DNA of 46,660 bases from a virus (lineage: Duplodnaviria > Caudoviricetes): positions 1 to 46,660 of IMG/VR virus record IMGVR_UViG_3300042347_001156. The stretch is one strand, 5' to 3'. Shown piece by piece: positions 18,020 to 28,169 of the stretch (within the stretch, counting starts at the first letter, position 1; the number at the start of each line of letters is the position of its first letter). The notes under the pieces were generated by a model that worked only from the letters and a program-made list of their open reading frames with translations, was not told the DNA's origin and made no database searches. Made by a program: the position numbers and the translations under genes.

Positions 18020-18247
18020 TTAGGGAATAATAAGAGAAGATAACTCTCTAAACTGAGTACTTAGCGTTGTATATGTTGTTGCTGGGTTAGCTGCAAAGGC
18101 TGTTAAAGTTCTTATTAAAGTATTGTATGTTACTTTAGTGTCGCATGCAGCCACATCAAGAGCACTGAAATTAGCATTTATAGTGTCTAGAGAATCTCCT
18201 ATACACTGATTTTCGTCTATGGTAGTTGTGAAATTACAAGATGACAT
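18020..18247 (-). CDS. Short fibre-family protein with CIGDS anchor module
   Basis: CNFTTTIDENQCIGDSLDTINANFSALD. Confidence 0.65.
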   Translation of the reverse strand: MSSCNFTTTIDENQCIGDSLDTINANFSALDVAACDTKVTYNTLIRTLTAFAANPATTYTTLSTQFRELSSLIIP

Positions 18248-18255
18248 ATTGTTTG

Positions 18256-18924
18256 TTAGTATTTAATGCAGGGTAAAAGTGCTATGTTGTGAGGGCGGGT
18301 TTCGGTTCCACCGGTGTTATTAAGAGAAACAGTATGAGAGTGAGCTCCTGCTGAACCGGTTGCACCGGAACCCAGTCGACCGGCGACGCCTCCCTCAGCT
18401 TGGGTACCGATTGGGTAGACTTGACAAGCTGTATGTGTATGTGCTCCCGCTGTATTTGTAGTACCCGTATGGGTGTGACTCTCAAATGCATCAGCCTGAT
18501 ACAGGCCTATTCCACCAGAAGCCACTGAAGGGTTTAATGTTCCAAAGCTTCTTACAAACGTACCTCTTAAATCAGGCAACCTAAAAGTTGTTGATCCGTT
18601 TCCGGGGCTAAAACGACCTACAGCACTTAGAGAGAACCAGCTAGCATCAGTTGTTGTTATATTGCCGCTATTACTAGCAAACGTCCAAAGATTTGAATAC
18701 TCGGCTCTTGAAAGCACACTACCATTCAGCACAAGCCATCCCGCGGGCGCAGTCGTTGCAGGGAAATAAGATACTACCCCGACAAAGCTATTCAATAAAG
18801 CCTGTATCTGCTGAGAATTATCACAGGCAGCATCTTTAAGAGAAGCGAAATTAGAGTTAATAGTAACAAGTGAGTTACCGATGCACTCAGTTTTTTGAAT
18901 TGTTGTTACTGTAGGACAGGACAT
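18256..18924 (-). CDS. Tail-collar domain protein
   Basis: APAGWLVLNG..LSR..Y..LW, TFRLPDLRG.FVR, SHTH/AHTH/AHSH motifs, ETRPHNIALLPCIKY. Confidence 0.88.
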   Translation of the reverse strand: MSCPTVTTIQKTECIGNSLVTINSNFASLKDAACDNSQQIQALLNSFVGVVSYFPATTAPAGWLVLNGSVLSRAEYSNLWTFASNSGNITTTDASWFSLSAVGRFSPGNGSTTFRLPDLRGTFVRSFGTLNPSVASGGIGLYQADAFESHTHTGTTNTAGAHTHTACQVYPIGTQAEGGVAGRLGSGATGSAGAHSHTVSLNNTGGTETRPHNIALLPCIKY

Positions 18925-18935
18925 TGTTTATATAT

Positions 18936-21900
18936 TTATCCGTTAGGACAAGAAGGATCAAAATAATTTATTACTGATGACAGATTAGTCCACAGATAGC
19001 TAATAACTCTATTAACTACTGCAGAAGTTACTATTTCGTTTTGACCAATTAATATGTCATTTTTACTATAAACGGGGGCAACATATTTTCTGCATCCGGT
19101 GTTTTCAAAAATTAAAGAATGTCTAAAAAACTCAATATTATCCCATAATCTCTGGAACGCTTTATTGTATACCCAGTTTTGTACGTATTCATTTTTGTGA
19201 ATGAGTAGACTGTTTGTTGGCCAGTAAGTGCCAGGTAAAGGCCCTTTTATATCTGTTACTTGCATCACATCAAAATATTTTACTACCTTGTCGCCAGCCG
19301 CTATTAACACGTTGCGGAATTCATCCTGTACAACATCATTAATATCTGTAACACAGGGTTTATTATTAATAATTTCGCCGTAATATACTCCGTTTCTAAA
19401 AAATTTGTAAACCTGGCTATTAAGTACTACGTAAATAACTTCCCTGTTTTTGTTTGTTTTAATTCTTACTGGTATTTCGCTTGTGAGATTGTTAAAGTAG
19501 TAGCTTGTTAAATATTCACCACTGTACGTATAAATTCTAATTTCTTTTTTAGTGAGTACATGAAGATGATTGTCACTATCAACAACCACGCTCAGCGGTT
19601 CATTCTCTTGAAAGAAATCATCTTTTATAGTTTGAAGCCATGAACCGGAATTGGAATACTGTTTTATACACTTATTACCGGTATCGGCAATCCAAATATT
19701 ATCTATTAAGTCAATATGAAGATCATTAGGGGTAAAAAATTTTGTTTGAGAGTTTGAAGTACCTACACCGCCCCAAACGGTAAATATCTCCCAGCTGGCT
19801 GTATCTGGGTTAAAAATATACGACCCAACTTTACTCAACCCCGCGTCTAAAATATAAAGTTTATTTTGACTATCTACGCCCAGTCCTTTAATATTTCTAA
19901 ACGAAGAAACATCGTCTAAGGTCAGCCTACTTGCAATAGGGGTTGCAGCATAATCAGAAGAAAGAACCTTAAGTTCAGTATTAAGACCGATATAGATTAT
20001 ATTGTTACGGCTTTCAATGTATCGATAAATACACTTAGTAATAGGGATACAATTGTTTATTGGGTCGTAATATTTGTTTAAATGGGTTATGTTGACATTC
20101 CAATAACCTTCGTCGCAGTAATTACCTATAAGGATTTCACCAGTAGTTGTCTCACAGGGCTCAAAATACCATTTTTTAGCAAATGGTTGATTACATCTTG
20201 TGTCTTTCCAGGTAATAATTTCTTTTGCAGTTGCGCACTTACGACTTTTCCACTTCCACTCTATACAGTGTTTACCTAAGCAGTTTGGGTTTTGTAATAG
20301 AGAGCTACAAGTCTGTTGTTCCCAAGTACCGCATGTAACTAATTTACCATCAGCAGTAATTTCAGGTTGATTAGTATCAAGTTGCTGAACATCTACCCAA
20401 GTAACACTTTCATTATTCTTAAAACAATCAAGATCTTCCCACGTATACACTGGACAACCGGTGCCGGTTATAGCTGGAGTACCCAGCCAGCCTATATAAT
20501 CAGTAACTGCACTTGAATATTCTCTACCTCTATTTTGCAGATAGCTAAGATTGTCTATAAACTTTGTTATAACTGAATTAATATTATTTTCAGTAACCCA
20601 TTCGTTAGGACCTATAACAGGTTTTTGAAGCCAAGGAAGTACAAGTGCAGAGTTTTTTGTACGATAATTTTCTACAACAACGTCATCGTACCTCGTAACA
20701 ACATCAACGATATCTGTAAATGTAGTTACAAAAGACTGCCCAGAGTTTGAGAACACAGTTGCTTGCACAGTTTTTTTGCCAGGCACAAAGTATGTTGTAT
20801 AAATGTCTTTTGTAATATCTGCACCTGATAATATTATTGTCTCGGGGCTTAACGTAGGTATAATATTTTCTCCTAAATCAATAACAACTCTATCAACATC
20901 TGCTAGATTTACAGATAAGTTTTGAAACTTTACCTGAGTGCCTGTTAGCGGGTATTTATTTGCAGTATATAGCTTAAACCGTTTTTCAGGTACAATAGTA
21001 GCGTTGCCGCTATCGGTTAGTAGCAACTGTTTTTGCTGCCAATCATAGGGAAATGCGGAAATAATACCAAAGATAGTCTGAGAGCCTGAAATATATATAG
21101 GGGTTACGTTATTAATACTGGCTGTAAAGGGGGTGGATCCGTCGTCTTCATACCTTAAAGTGTATATATAGTCTGTTATGGTAGAGGGTAGTGTTGTGTC
21201 TACTTCCCAATACGGGGTGGAGAGGGTCCAGTTTAAACTAGAAGCTGTGTAATATACCGGACTAGGAGTGAACTGTGTGGCGGAAAGTGTTCCCTCGTTT
21301 CTCCATCTTTTAGGGTATTTTCCAGCGGGAGCGCTTGTAGCGGATAACGGGCCTACCGTGCCGGCAGAAACAAGACATTGAGTATTTGCCCAACTTGATG
21401 GTAACTGGCTCGCTGTCGAAAAAGCGGAACACTCTGAAAAAGTTGACCACTTCCAAAGTAATCCATACTTATCTAAGCAACCTCCTATTGCACCTTTACC
21501 TGATAAAGCAACAACCAAAGAGGCGGTGTAAGACTGGGCTTGATTATCCTCGGGAAGCTCAACCTCACCTTCAATTCCCGGTGAAAAAGACGACAGCGGT
21601 GACTCGTAACTATTAACTTTTATACTCTGCTTAAGATACGTATTAACAACACTTTCATTTCCCTCTACGTCTAAAGTAGTACTATAGTATGGGTAAAAAG
21701 AAGGTCCGCCTGAGAGATTTTCGGGATAGTATACAACAGGGCTACTTGTTAATATATCAGAGTTGGTTACTAACAGTGATACGGGTATTCTAGGGTAATA
21801 ACCTATTTCAGTATTAATATTTACTGCAGCTCGAGCTCCTGAAAGATCTACTGTAGACACTTGATATATTACTGTATCGCTGTCTCCTACTGTCCAAATA

Positions 21901-22799
21901 TACCTTTGAATATTACTATTTAAAGCTGCCGATAAATTAATTTTCTCGGTGTGCCCTTCCCCGTAAAAACATATCCCCGGTGATGTAGTGTAGTTACTGC
22001 TTGTAAGAGTTACTTGGGTTTGAAAATCGGCAAAATAATACGTTGGGTAGCCAATAAAGTCTGCTGTTAAAAAGTTTCGTAGAAATTTAGCAGATAAGCT
22101 ATTTGTGTAAAGATGAGAAGAGTACCAAGACGAGAGTGAGTCGATTGCTGAGATAGCTGAGACATAAACTTGTACACTACTAACCCTAGGTAAGTTAGAA
22201 TCAAAGCTGGTAAGAGATGAGAAGGACGTAATAAGAGTATCGGTGTTATTAACAGTTGACCAGCTATCAAAATAATCCCCTCTGTATTGAGCTACCCCTA
22301 AATTGAAGAAAGGACTGGTAGCATAATAGTTAAAAACGTAAGGAGAGGCAGCTGTTAACCTATAAAAAATTGTGCTATTGTTAGTGTTTTCGTAATTTAT
22401 ATAAATTGTAGTCATTCCCTCTACAAAAGGAAATGTATCATAAACTATATCGTAAGCACTTGTTGAGATTACACTTAAAGGGGAACCTGATAAAAATGCT
22501 CCAGTAATTCCGGTTTGAAGTAGAGTGTAGTTTTCAATAGTAAAATCATAAGTGTCTGCAGTAACATAAAACACCATAGTTCCGAGAGCTGAAACTGATG
22601 CGGTGGTACCTGATGTATAGGTATCTCCGCTAAGCGTGGCAGCCCATACGGTAGTAGGGTCAAATGTCCACCTCACAATGTCCGCTCCAGTGGCAGGTAT
22701 GTATTCTGTACCCGACAAGAAAAGCATAGAAGCCGTTAAAGAACGTACAAACGGCTCATTATCAAATCTTACAGGTAGGATGGTTAAAAAATTAGACAT
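18936..22799 (-). CDS. Large virion protein with NHL beta-propeller, Ig/PKD-like and Cys/Trp-rich modules
   Basis: FFTPNDLHID...IWIADTGNKCIKQY NHL repeat; WxW/TW/KKW repeats; late box 22808-22813. Confidence 0.7.
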   Translation of the reverse strand: MSNFLTILPVRFDNEPFVRSLTASMLFLSGTEYIPATGADIVRWTFDPTTVWAATLSGDTYTSGTTASVSALGTMVFYVTADTYDFTIENYTLLQTGITGAFLSGSPLSVISTSAYDIVYDTFPFVEGMTTIYINYENTNNSTIFYRLTAASPYVFNYYATSPFFNLGVAQYRGDYFDSWSTVNNTDTLITSFSSLTSFDSNLPRVSSVQVYVSAISAIDSLSSWYSSHLYTNSLSAKFLRNFLTADFIGYPTYYFADFQTQVTLTSSNYTTSPGICFYGEGHTEKINLSAALNSNIQRYIWTVGDSDTVIYQVSTVDLSGARAAVNINTEIGYYPRIPVSLLVTNSDILTSSPVVYYPENLSGGPSFYPYYSTTLDVEGNESVVNTYLKQSIKVNSYESPLSSFSPGIEGEVELPEDNQAQSYTASLVVALSGKGAIGGCLDKYGLLWKWSTFSECSAFSTASQLPSSWANTQCLVSAGTVGPLSATSAPAGKYPKRWRNEGTLSATQFTPSPVYYTASSLNWTLSTPYWEVDTTLPSTITDYIYTLRYEDDGSTPFTASINNVTPIYISGSQTIFGIISAFPYDWQQKQLLLTDSGNATIVPEKRFKLYTANKYPLTGTQVKFQNLSVNLADVDRVVIDLGENIIPTLSPETIILSGADITKDIYTTYFVPGKKTVQATVFSNSGQSFVTTFTDIVDVVTRYDDVVVENYRTKNSALVLPWLQKPVIGPNEWVTENNINSVITKFIDNLSYLQNRGREYSSAVTDYIGWLGTPAITGTGCPVYTWEDLDCFKNNESVTWVDVQQLDTNQPEITADGKLVTCGTWEQQTCSSLLQNPNCLGKHCIEWKWKSRKCATAKEIITWKDTRCNQPFAKKWYFEPCETTTGEILIGNYCDEGYWNVNITHLNKYYDPINNCIPITKCIYRYIESRNNIIYIGLNTELKVLSSDYAATPIASRLTLDDVSSFRNIKGLGVDSQNKLYILDAGLSKVGSYIFNPDTASWEIFTVWGGVGTSNSQTKFFTPNDLHIDLIDNIWIADTGNKCIKQYSNSGSWLQTIKDDFFQENEPLSVVVDSDNHLHVLTKKEIRIYTYSGEYLTSYYFNNLTSEIPVRIKTNKNREVIYVVLNSQVYKFFRNGVYYGEIINNKPCVTDINDVVQDEFRNVLIAAGDKVVKYFDVMQVTDIKGPLPGTYWPTNSLLIHKNEYVQNWVYNKAFQRLWDNIEFFRHSLIFENTGCRKYVAPVYSKNDILIGQNEIVTSAVVNRVISYLWTNLSSVINYFDPSCPNG

Positions 22800-22819
22800 T
22801 ATTACATTATTTAACAGGT

Positions 22820-25330
22820 TTATTCAATCCATTCTATACTCAAAAGCTCTGAATATGCCGGTTTGATTTGCTCTACTGCAGCTCTAATAGTAGTTTCTAT
22901 TGTTTGTCTAGTAGCGGTATCAGCAATCTGAGACCCTGCTAATCTTATTTTAAAAAACTGACTTTTTGAACCGGGTAGTTTATGTTTAAAAAACCTGTCA
23001 ACTATTTCAATATATTGAAGATTGGCAGTTGGTATATTCCAGACAAGATCTTCAGCTAAAAATAACTCTCTTACAAATATCTGCAAGAACGAGCTTTTTA
23101 TTGCGTAATTGTAAAATCTTATTTTATCTATTAAACCGTCAAATATAAGAGCAGTAGAATTTATTTCTTTATTAAGGTTTGTCGTTTTACCGCAAGGGGT
23201 TCCGATGTATAGATCGTTTTTTCTAGTATTACTAATAATATAAGAGTTGGGTATAACAAGTTCATCTCTTAAACGAGAATCAATATAGATTCTCATTGTA
23301 CGGTTTTGTAATGTGCAGGTTATAAAATGCCAAGTGTCGCTTGTAAGATAGTTTACTGGCACGGACAGAATTTGCACGGATTGGGGTAGCCCTGTATTGA
23401 AACGTCTTACTGCCTGTTTAAATTGTATTTGAGGGTTGTTATTGTAAAGAACTTTATGAAATATTCTCTTCCACTCATAGCCAGTAAAATCACCCTTACC
23501 GTTAAAAGTTAAATTATTTTTATCTTGTATAGTTGGAGGGGATATTTGGATATCAAGCTTTGTCGGTATAAGTGTTGTTTTATGTATTTTGCCGTTAAGA
23601 GTTACTTGATATAGAGTTTTTTCGTAGCTGTGGTAAATTAATGCATACCATTCTTTAGTATCAGCTAGTCTATCATATGTATATATAAAACTTATATTTT
23701 TAATATCTGACGGAACATCCACTCCTATTTCAAATGAGTCTATAATTTGTTTTGATACAGGGTTAATTTTATAAATCTTATTAGTACCATAAAGAGCCCA
23801 TATATTATTTTCAGGATCTATAGCTATATTTGTTACGTTATTTACTATACCCGATAGGGAAACATTTTCACAGTAGAGATCGCCGTTTGTTTTTACGGTC
23901 CATTTTTGATTAGTATTATCAAATTTTAGATCTAAACAAGACGCCTCTCTGACAAGAGTGCCTGTTGTATCAAAGGCTATAAGCTCATTATCCTGATATC
24001 CCAGACCTGCTGACAAACTGACAAATATTAAGTCTTTATCGAAGTAGTAAGTGTCGGTTGTAGTTATTAGATAGCATCCATCTTTTCCATCTATAGCTAT
24101 AAGTTTTGGAATACCTGTTATATTGTAATTTGTTCCTACTGAGTTTTTAGTGGTAGCTATAACATCACCGAGATGGTTTAGTTTATATATTCTTTTTTGG
24201 TTACCGGCATCTGCCACAATAGTTTCGTTATTACTATTAATTGCAACCTGAACAATGCTACTTGTGCCAGTGTTTACATTATCTGTTGACCCGACCTGGG
24301 TGCTTTTGTCTAAGTAGTTATTCCCTTCTGAATTAAAATAAAAGACATGGCCGTAAAAGGTTTCAGGCACAACGAAATAAGGGTAATACTTTAAATTATT
24401 AAAAAATACACCGTATCCCCCGTCGTTATAGTTACCTATAAGTTGAGTACCGGGGGCATTTTGCCAATCATCATTTTGTGCCCAAAAAGTTAAAGTATAC
24501 TCATCAGGATTGTTGTAAGCGGTACTATAAACAACTCTTGTATCAATAAAATCAGTATTTTTAAAACTTAAAACTTCTTTTTGAATTGTACCAGGTGTTG
24601 TGTCGTTAACTATCCATTCACTCTTAAAATTTTGTGTTATTATAGAGGTATTGTAAATAGAGGTGTCTCGTGGCAAAGGAGACCAATTTTCTATATTGAG
24701 AGTTAATTTACTTTTATCATCTCCCGCAAAACTATTAACTATTTCAGCAGCAGATTTTTCACCGTTGTGAAAATATTGATACCATACACCAGGTTCAAGA
24801 AGCATTGTTGAAGGGATATCAACAAAGATAGGATCGTTGATAATGTAGTCATCGAAGTTTGCATCACCCTGCAATGCTTCTTCGTACGCTATTCTACCCG
24901 GGTTATAATATCTATCAAACCATTGCGGGCTTTCTCCGGATACTGAATATAGCCAGCTGCACAGCCAAGTGCCGTCAGTAAAGCCGTTTAATGGATTAGA
25001 ATTACTAGTTACAGCTGGTGTACCTGTAAAGGTTCTTTTACCTGAAGGGTTGCCCCACGGAGTATTTTGTCCGTACCCTCCTAACTTTTGCTGTATTCGG
25101 TCAGACATTGCAGGTATAGGGCCAGGTGTTGCTCCGTCTCCCGTAATGTTGTTGTTGCTAAGAGCCTGAACCTGAGTAAAAAAAGGTACGTGAAAATATG
25201 TGTGATAGTCCTTTTTAAATGTAATTTCTACAGAATCTGATTCGTAACCGAGATGTATTTTATCTAATCCTCCTTCTTGGTTGGTACCTGTAAAAATTTT
25301 GTAATATTCTCTTTGTTTTAAATTATTCAT
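22820..25330 (-). CDS. LamG/concanavalin-A-like domain virion protein with inserted propeller
   Basis: YTLTFW; TWHFITCT...IYID...LYIG...FDGLIDKIRFYNYAI; IAIDPENNIW repeats. Confidence 0.7.
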   Translation of the reverse strand: MNNLKQREYYKIFTGTNQEGGLDKIHLGYESDSVEITFKKDYHTYFHVPFFTQVQALSNNNITGDGATPGPIPAMSDRIQQKLGGYGQNTPWGNPSGKRTFTGTPAVTSNSNPLNGFTDGTWLCSWLYSVSGESPQWFDRYYNPGRIAYEEALQGDANFDDYIINDPIFVDIPSTMLLEPGVWYQYFHNGEKSAAEIVNSFAGDDKSKLTLNIENWSPLPRDTSIYNTSIITQNFKSEWIVNDTTPGTIQKEVLSFKNTDFIDTRVVYSTAYNNPDEYTLTFWAQNDDWQNAPGTQLIGNYNDGGYGVFFNNLKYYPYFVVPETFYGHVFYFNSEGNNYLDKSTQVGSTDNVNTGTSSIVQVAINSNNETIVADAGNQKRIYKLNHLGDVIATTKNSVGTNYNITGIPKLIAIDGKDGCYLITTTDTYYFDKDLIFVSLSAGLGYQDNELIAFDTTGTLVREASCLDLKFDNTNQKWTVKTNGDLYCENVSLSGIVNNVTNIAIDPENNIWALYGTNKIYKINPVSKQIIDSFEIGVDVPSDIKNISFIYTYDRLADTKEWYALIYHSYEKTLYQVTLNGKIHKTTLIPTKLDIQISPPTIQDKNNLTFNGKGDFTGYEWKRIFHKVLYNNNPQIQFKQAVRRFNTGLPQSVQILSVPVNYLTSDTWHFITCTLQNRTMRIYIDSRLRDELVIPNSYIISNTRKNDLYIGTPCGKTTNLNKEINSTALIFDGLIDKIRFYNYAIKSSFLQIFVRELFLAEDLVWNIPTANLQYIEIVDRFFKHKLPGSKSQFFKIRLAGSQIADTATRQTIETTIRAAVEQIKPAYSELLSIEWIE

Positions 25331-26264
25331 TTCTGGTAACTAATACCTCCTCGTACGAGTTATCTACCGGTGCGGGTCCACCTGTAGGGGTGTAGGTTGT
25401 TTTAAGGTTAGCAATATTAATTTTAGCTTTTCCGGTATTTACTGCTTCTTCAACAGGGAAGTCTATAAGATAGTTGGTAGGGGCATTATTAAACACTTTG
25501 TTAATAGCTACTGTTTTATTGTTGGTTTGAGATTCAAAATCTTCAAAGTATGTTACCCAAGTATTTGTAGGGATAAAGTTTTTATCGAGAGATGTAGTAG
25601 TAACGTCTGTAACTTTAAGAATGTAGTCGTTCAAGACCGAGTCGTTTAGTATACAGCCTGTTGCTCGTAAAATATTGTCGTTGTTAAAAGCTAAATAACG
25701 AAATTCAGAGCCTATTAAATCTTCGTTTACTTTTACCTTTAACGTTAAAAGATTGTCTTGATATGTAATATAAAAACGTTGAAGATATAGTTGAGAATCT
25801 AATATTTCTTCATTACTTAAAAAAACTCGGTAAGGGTATGTAGGTTGTATGCGTACAAACTTACTATCAACTTTTATTTCTACTATATTTTCTCCAACCG
25901 GGTAAATAAAAAAGTTTGTTGCACTAGCTGGCGAGAGAGTAACAAAATTACCCTGAGCGTTGTAAAAAGCGTAATTTACGTTTGTGTTTCTAGGTTGAAA
26001 CTTAACTGTGCAGGGAACTGTACCTATACTAACTCTTTCAGGAGGAACGAAAAAAGAGGTTAAGGGTACTGCAGAGGTTAATATAAAGCAGGAACTTCTG
26101 TTTATTGAAATATCCTTAAAATCGGTTGTACCATCAATACTGTAGACTGTTAGTCCTTCAGCGTAGCTTGTTTTTTGAGCCTGTAATTGCTCTTGACTAT
26201 TATAGCTATACTGTAACTCTACAGGCTGTAAAGCTGTTAAAGACTTATAGTTAACCGATACCAT
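25323..26264 (-). CDS. Beta-rich structural protein, unknown
   Basis: Within structural operon; TAAATA at 26271-26276. Confidence 0.6.
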   Translation of the reverse strand: MVSVNYKSLTALQPVELQYSYNSQEQLQAQKTSYAEGLTVYSIDGTTDFKDISINRSSCFILTSAVPLTSFFVPPERVSIGTVPCTVKFQPRNTNVNYAFYNAQGNFVTLSPASATNFFIYPVGENIVEIKVDSKFVRIQPTYPYRVFLSNEEILDSQLYLQRFYITYQDNLLTLKVKVNEDLIGSEFRYLAFNNDNILRATGCILNDSVLNDYILKVTDVTTTSLDKNFIPTNTWVTYFEDFESQTNNKTVAINKVFNNAPTNYLIDFPVEEAVNTGKAKINIANLKTTYTPTGGPAPVDNSYEEVLVTRNE

Positions 26265-26287
26265 TACTAATATTTAATACCGATTTT

Positions 26288-28168
26288 CTAGACTGACAAA
26301 TAAACAGTCCAGGTCGAGCTACCTCCAAAGCCATTATCCTTAGCTTGGAATAGTATCACTTCGGTGTTGCTTAGAGTGTCATAGTATGTAAAGTTGTGAG
26401 CTCCGTTATCCCCGTTAGTGCTACCGCACGGACTACCGACTGTGTTCCAATTAAAAGGATACGCCCCCGGTTCATAGACAGATCCGTTAACTACAAACTC
26501 ATCATCTACAGATCCTTCAACTTTAACAGAAACGTTTGTTCCGGCATTATTAATAAAGGTTATACCTGTAGAAGTTACGCATGAACCAAGGGTGGTATTG
26601 TAGTTTGCTTCAATTATACAGGAACTAATAGCACTATTTAGTATAGTGTAGGTTTGTCCGTTAGATATAGTGAATACCGTAACACAGGCAGCTCCCGCCG
26701 AAGATGCCAAAGACCACTCGTCCCACGGCGGTGATACATAAATTGTTTCACTAGGAGTAACCGTATAAAAAACTTCCCAGTCAGCCCATTTACTTCTAGG
26801 TATGGGCGGGAAACAGGTAGGGGTATATATAGGTGGGTAGTTTGTTCCAGGGTTACCTTTATAGATTACAGGAGAACCAAAAGAGTTCCTAATAATATTT
26901 TGTGGTTTATTTAAAGTGTAGGTTGCATTATTGCTTCCGGTTTGTGTTGTTACAAACGTAACATTGTTATCTATTTGTAAACTATATAAGTTACCGGTAG
27001 GTGTGTTTCTGCCTTTCAGTAAACTTATATTGTTTGAGTAGCTCGATAAAGCAACAGGGCCTACTGTTAAAGAGCAGCTATCTTTAGTACCTGTTGAGCT
27101 GCTATATGCAGTTATAGAGGGATAGAACATTGAATATGTGTCTATTGTTCTCTTGTAAGTGTGCAAAAAGTCATAATTACGCGGGTCAGGCATATCGGCT
27201 GAAAATGCACTGGTGTAGGTAAATAAATTAGAATTAGGTGTGGTGTACCTAGTTACAGTTTTTATAGGTGTTCCATCACCAGGGTCCCAATCAATACGGT
27301 CTATAGGAAAACTACCTGCTATTGTATTACGCGGGGATATCTGTACCGATAGTGGTGAAATACCAGATACGGGCTGAGACACTAAATAGAGCTTAGCAAC
27401 GGGTATCAGCTCAAAAACTTCTACTACCGCTGTTTTAATAGTAGTTTGAGATTGAGTAATAACTGTATTAATAAAAGTAGTGTCTGTGTTTGAAGTACAT
27501 ACAGTATCGTTTGCTTCAAATGCCCATTTTTTGGTAAAAGTAGCTTGAGGACCTACGCTCATAGTCTGTTCCCAAGTTACCGGGTTTGCAGCTTCACTCG
27601 CGCTCCGTAAATCATACCAAGACCAAAACTTACAATATTTTTGAAAACATTGTGTTTCGTTATCCCACCATTTCGATCTTATACCGTTACAGGCCGCCTC
27701 ATCCCAGGTCACGGTTTCCGCTCTATCACAAACTAGGTTATCCCAGTACCACTGATAGTTATATTTACCCAAACATTGGGTTTCTCCAACAAACGCCCCT
27801 GTTTGTTCCTTTGACTGTATTAGTGTAAGAGAGACAGTATACTGGCCGGGCATGATGTAGGTATGCTCTACATCTGCTAAACAGCATAGTGAAACGGTAT
27901 TATTTGAATCGTTGTAAAAATCACCAAAATCCCAATTATAATTTATAAAGCTAAAATCAGGGTCGCTTGAAGAGTTGTTTTTAAAAAAAACTCTAAACCC
28001 GGGAGCGTAACCAGAAATATAAATAGAAGTCGAGTCGTTTATATCTGAAATTGTAAGAGTTTGTGGGTTAGTTTTAGCGGAAAGACCTACAGTAAACGGT
28101 AGACCTTTATCCCAGTTATAGTTCTGGGTTACGGTAATTCCTGATAATACTGTAAAGTCTGTAGTCAT
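26288..28168 (-). CDS. PKD-domain virion protein with Cys/Trp-rich insert
   Basis: YNWDFGD...HTYIMPGQYTVSLT and DWDPGDG PKD signatures. Confidence 0.75.
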   Translation of the reverse strand: MTTDFTVLSGITVTQNYNWDKGLPFTVGLSAKTNPQTLTISDINDSTSIYISGYAPGFRVFFKNNSSSDPDFSFINYNWDFGDFYNDSNNTVSLCCLADVEHTYIMPGQYTVSLTLIQSKEQTGAFVGETQCLGKYNYQWYWDNLVCDRAETVTWDEAACNGIRSKWWDNETQCFQKYCKFWSWYDLRSASEAANPVTWEQTMSVGPQATFTKKWAFEANDTVCTSNTDTTFINTVITQSQTTIKTAVVEVFELIPVAKLYLVSQPVSGISPLSVQISPRNTIAGSFPIDRIDWDPGDGTPIKTVTRYTTPNSNLFTYTSAFSADMPDPRNYDFLHTYKRTIDTYSMFYPSITAYSSSTGTKDSCSLTVGPVALSSYSNNISLLKGRNTPTGNLYSLQIDNNVTFVTTQTGSNNATYTLNKPQNIIRNSFGSPVIYKGNPGTNYPPIYTPTCFPPIPRSKWADWEVFYTVTPSETIYVSPPWDEWSLASSAGAACVTVFTISNGQTYTILNSAISSCIIEANYNTTLGSCVTSTGITFINNAGTNVSVKVEGSVDDEFVVNGSVYEPGAYPFNWNTVGSPCGSTNGDNGAHNFTYYDTLSNTEVILFQAKDNGFGGSSTWTVYLSV

Positions 28169-28169
28169 T

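Noticed and set aside
3015-18924. DGR template/variable repeat pair or invertible fibre cassette between the two collar genes
   Set aside because: DNA is diverged without an adenine-specific pattern; no reverse transcriptase or recombinase in the window
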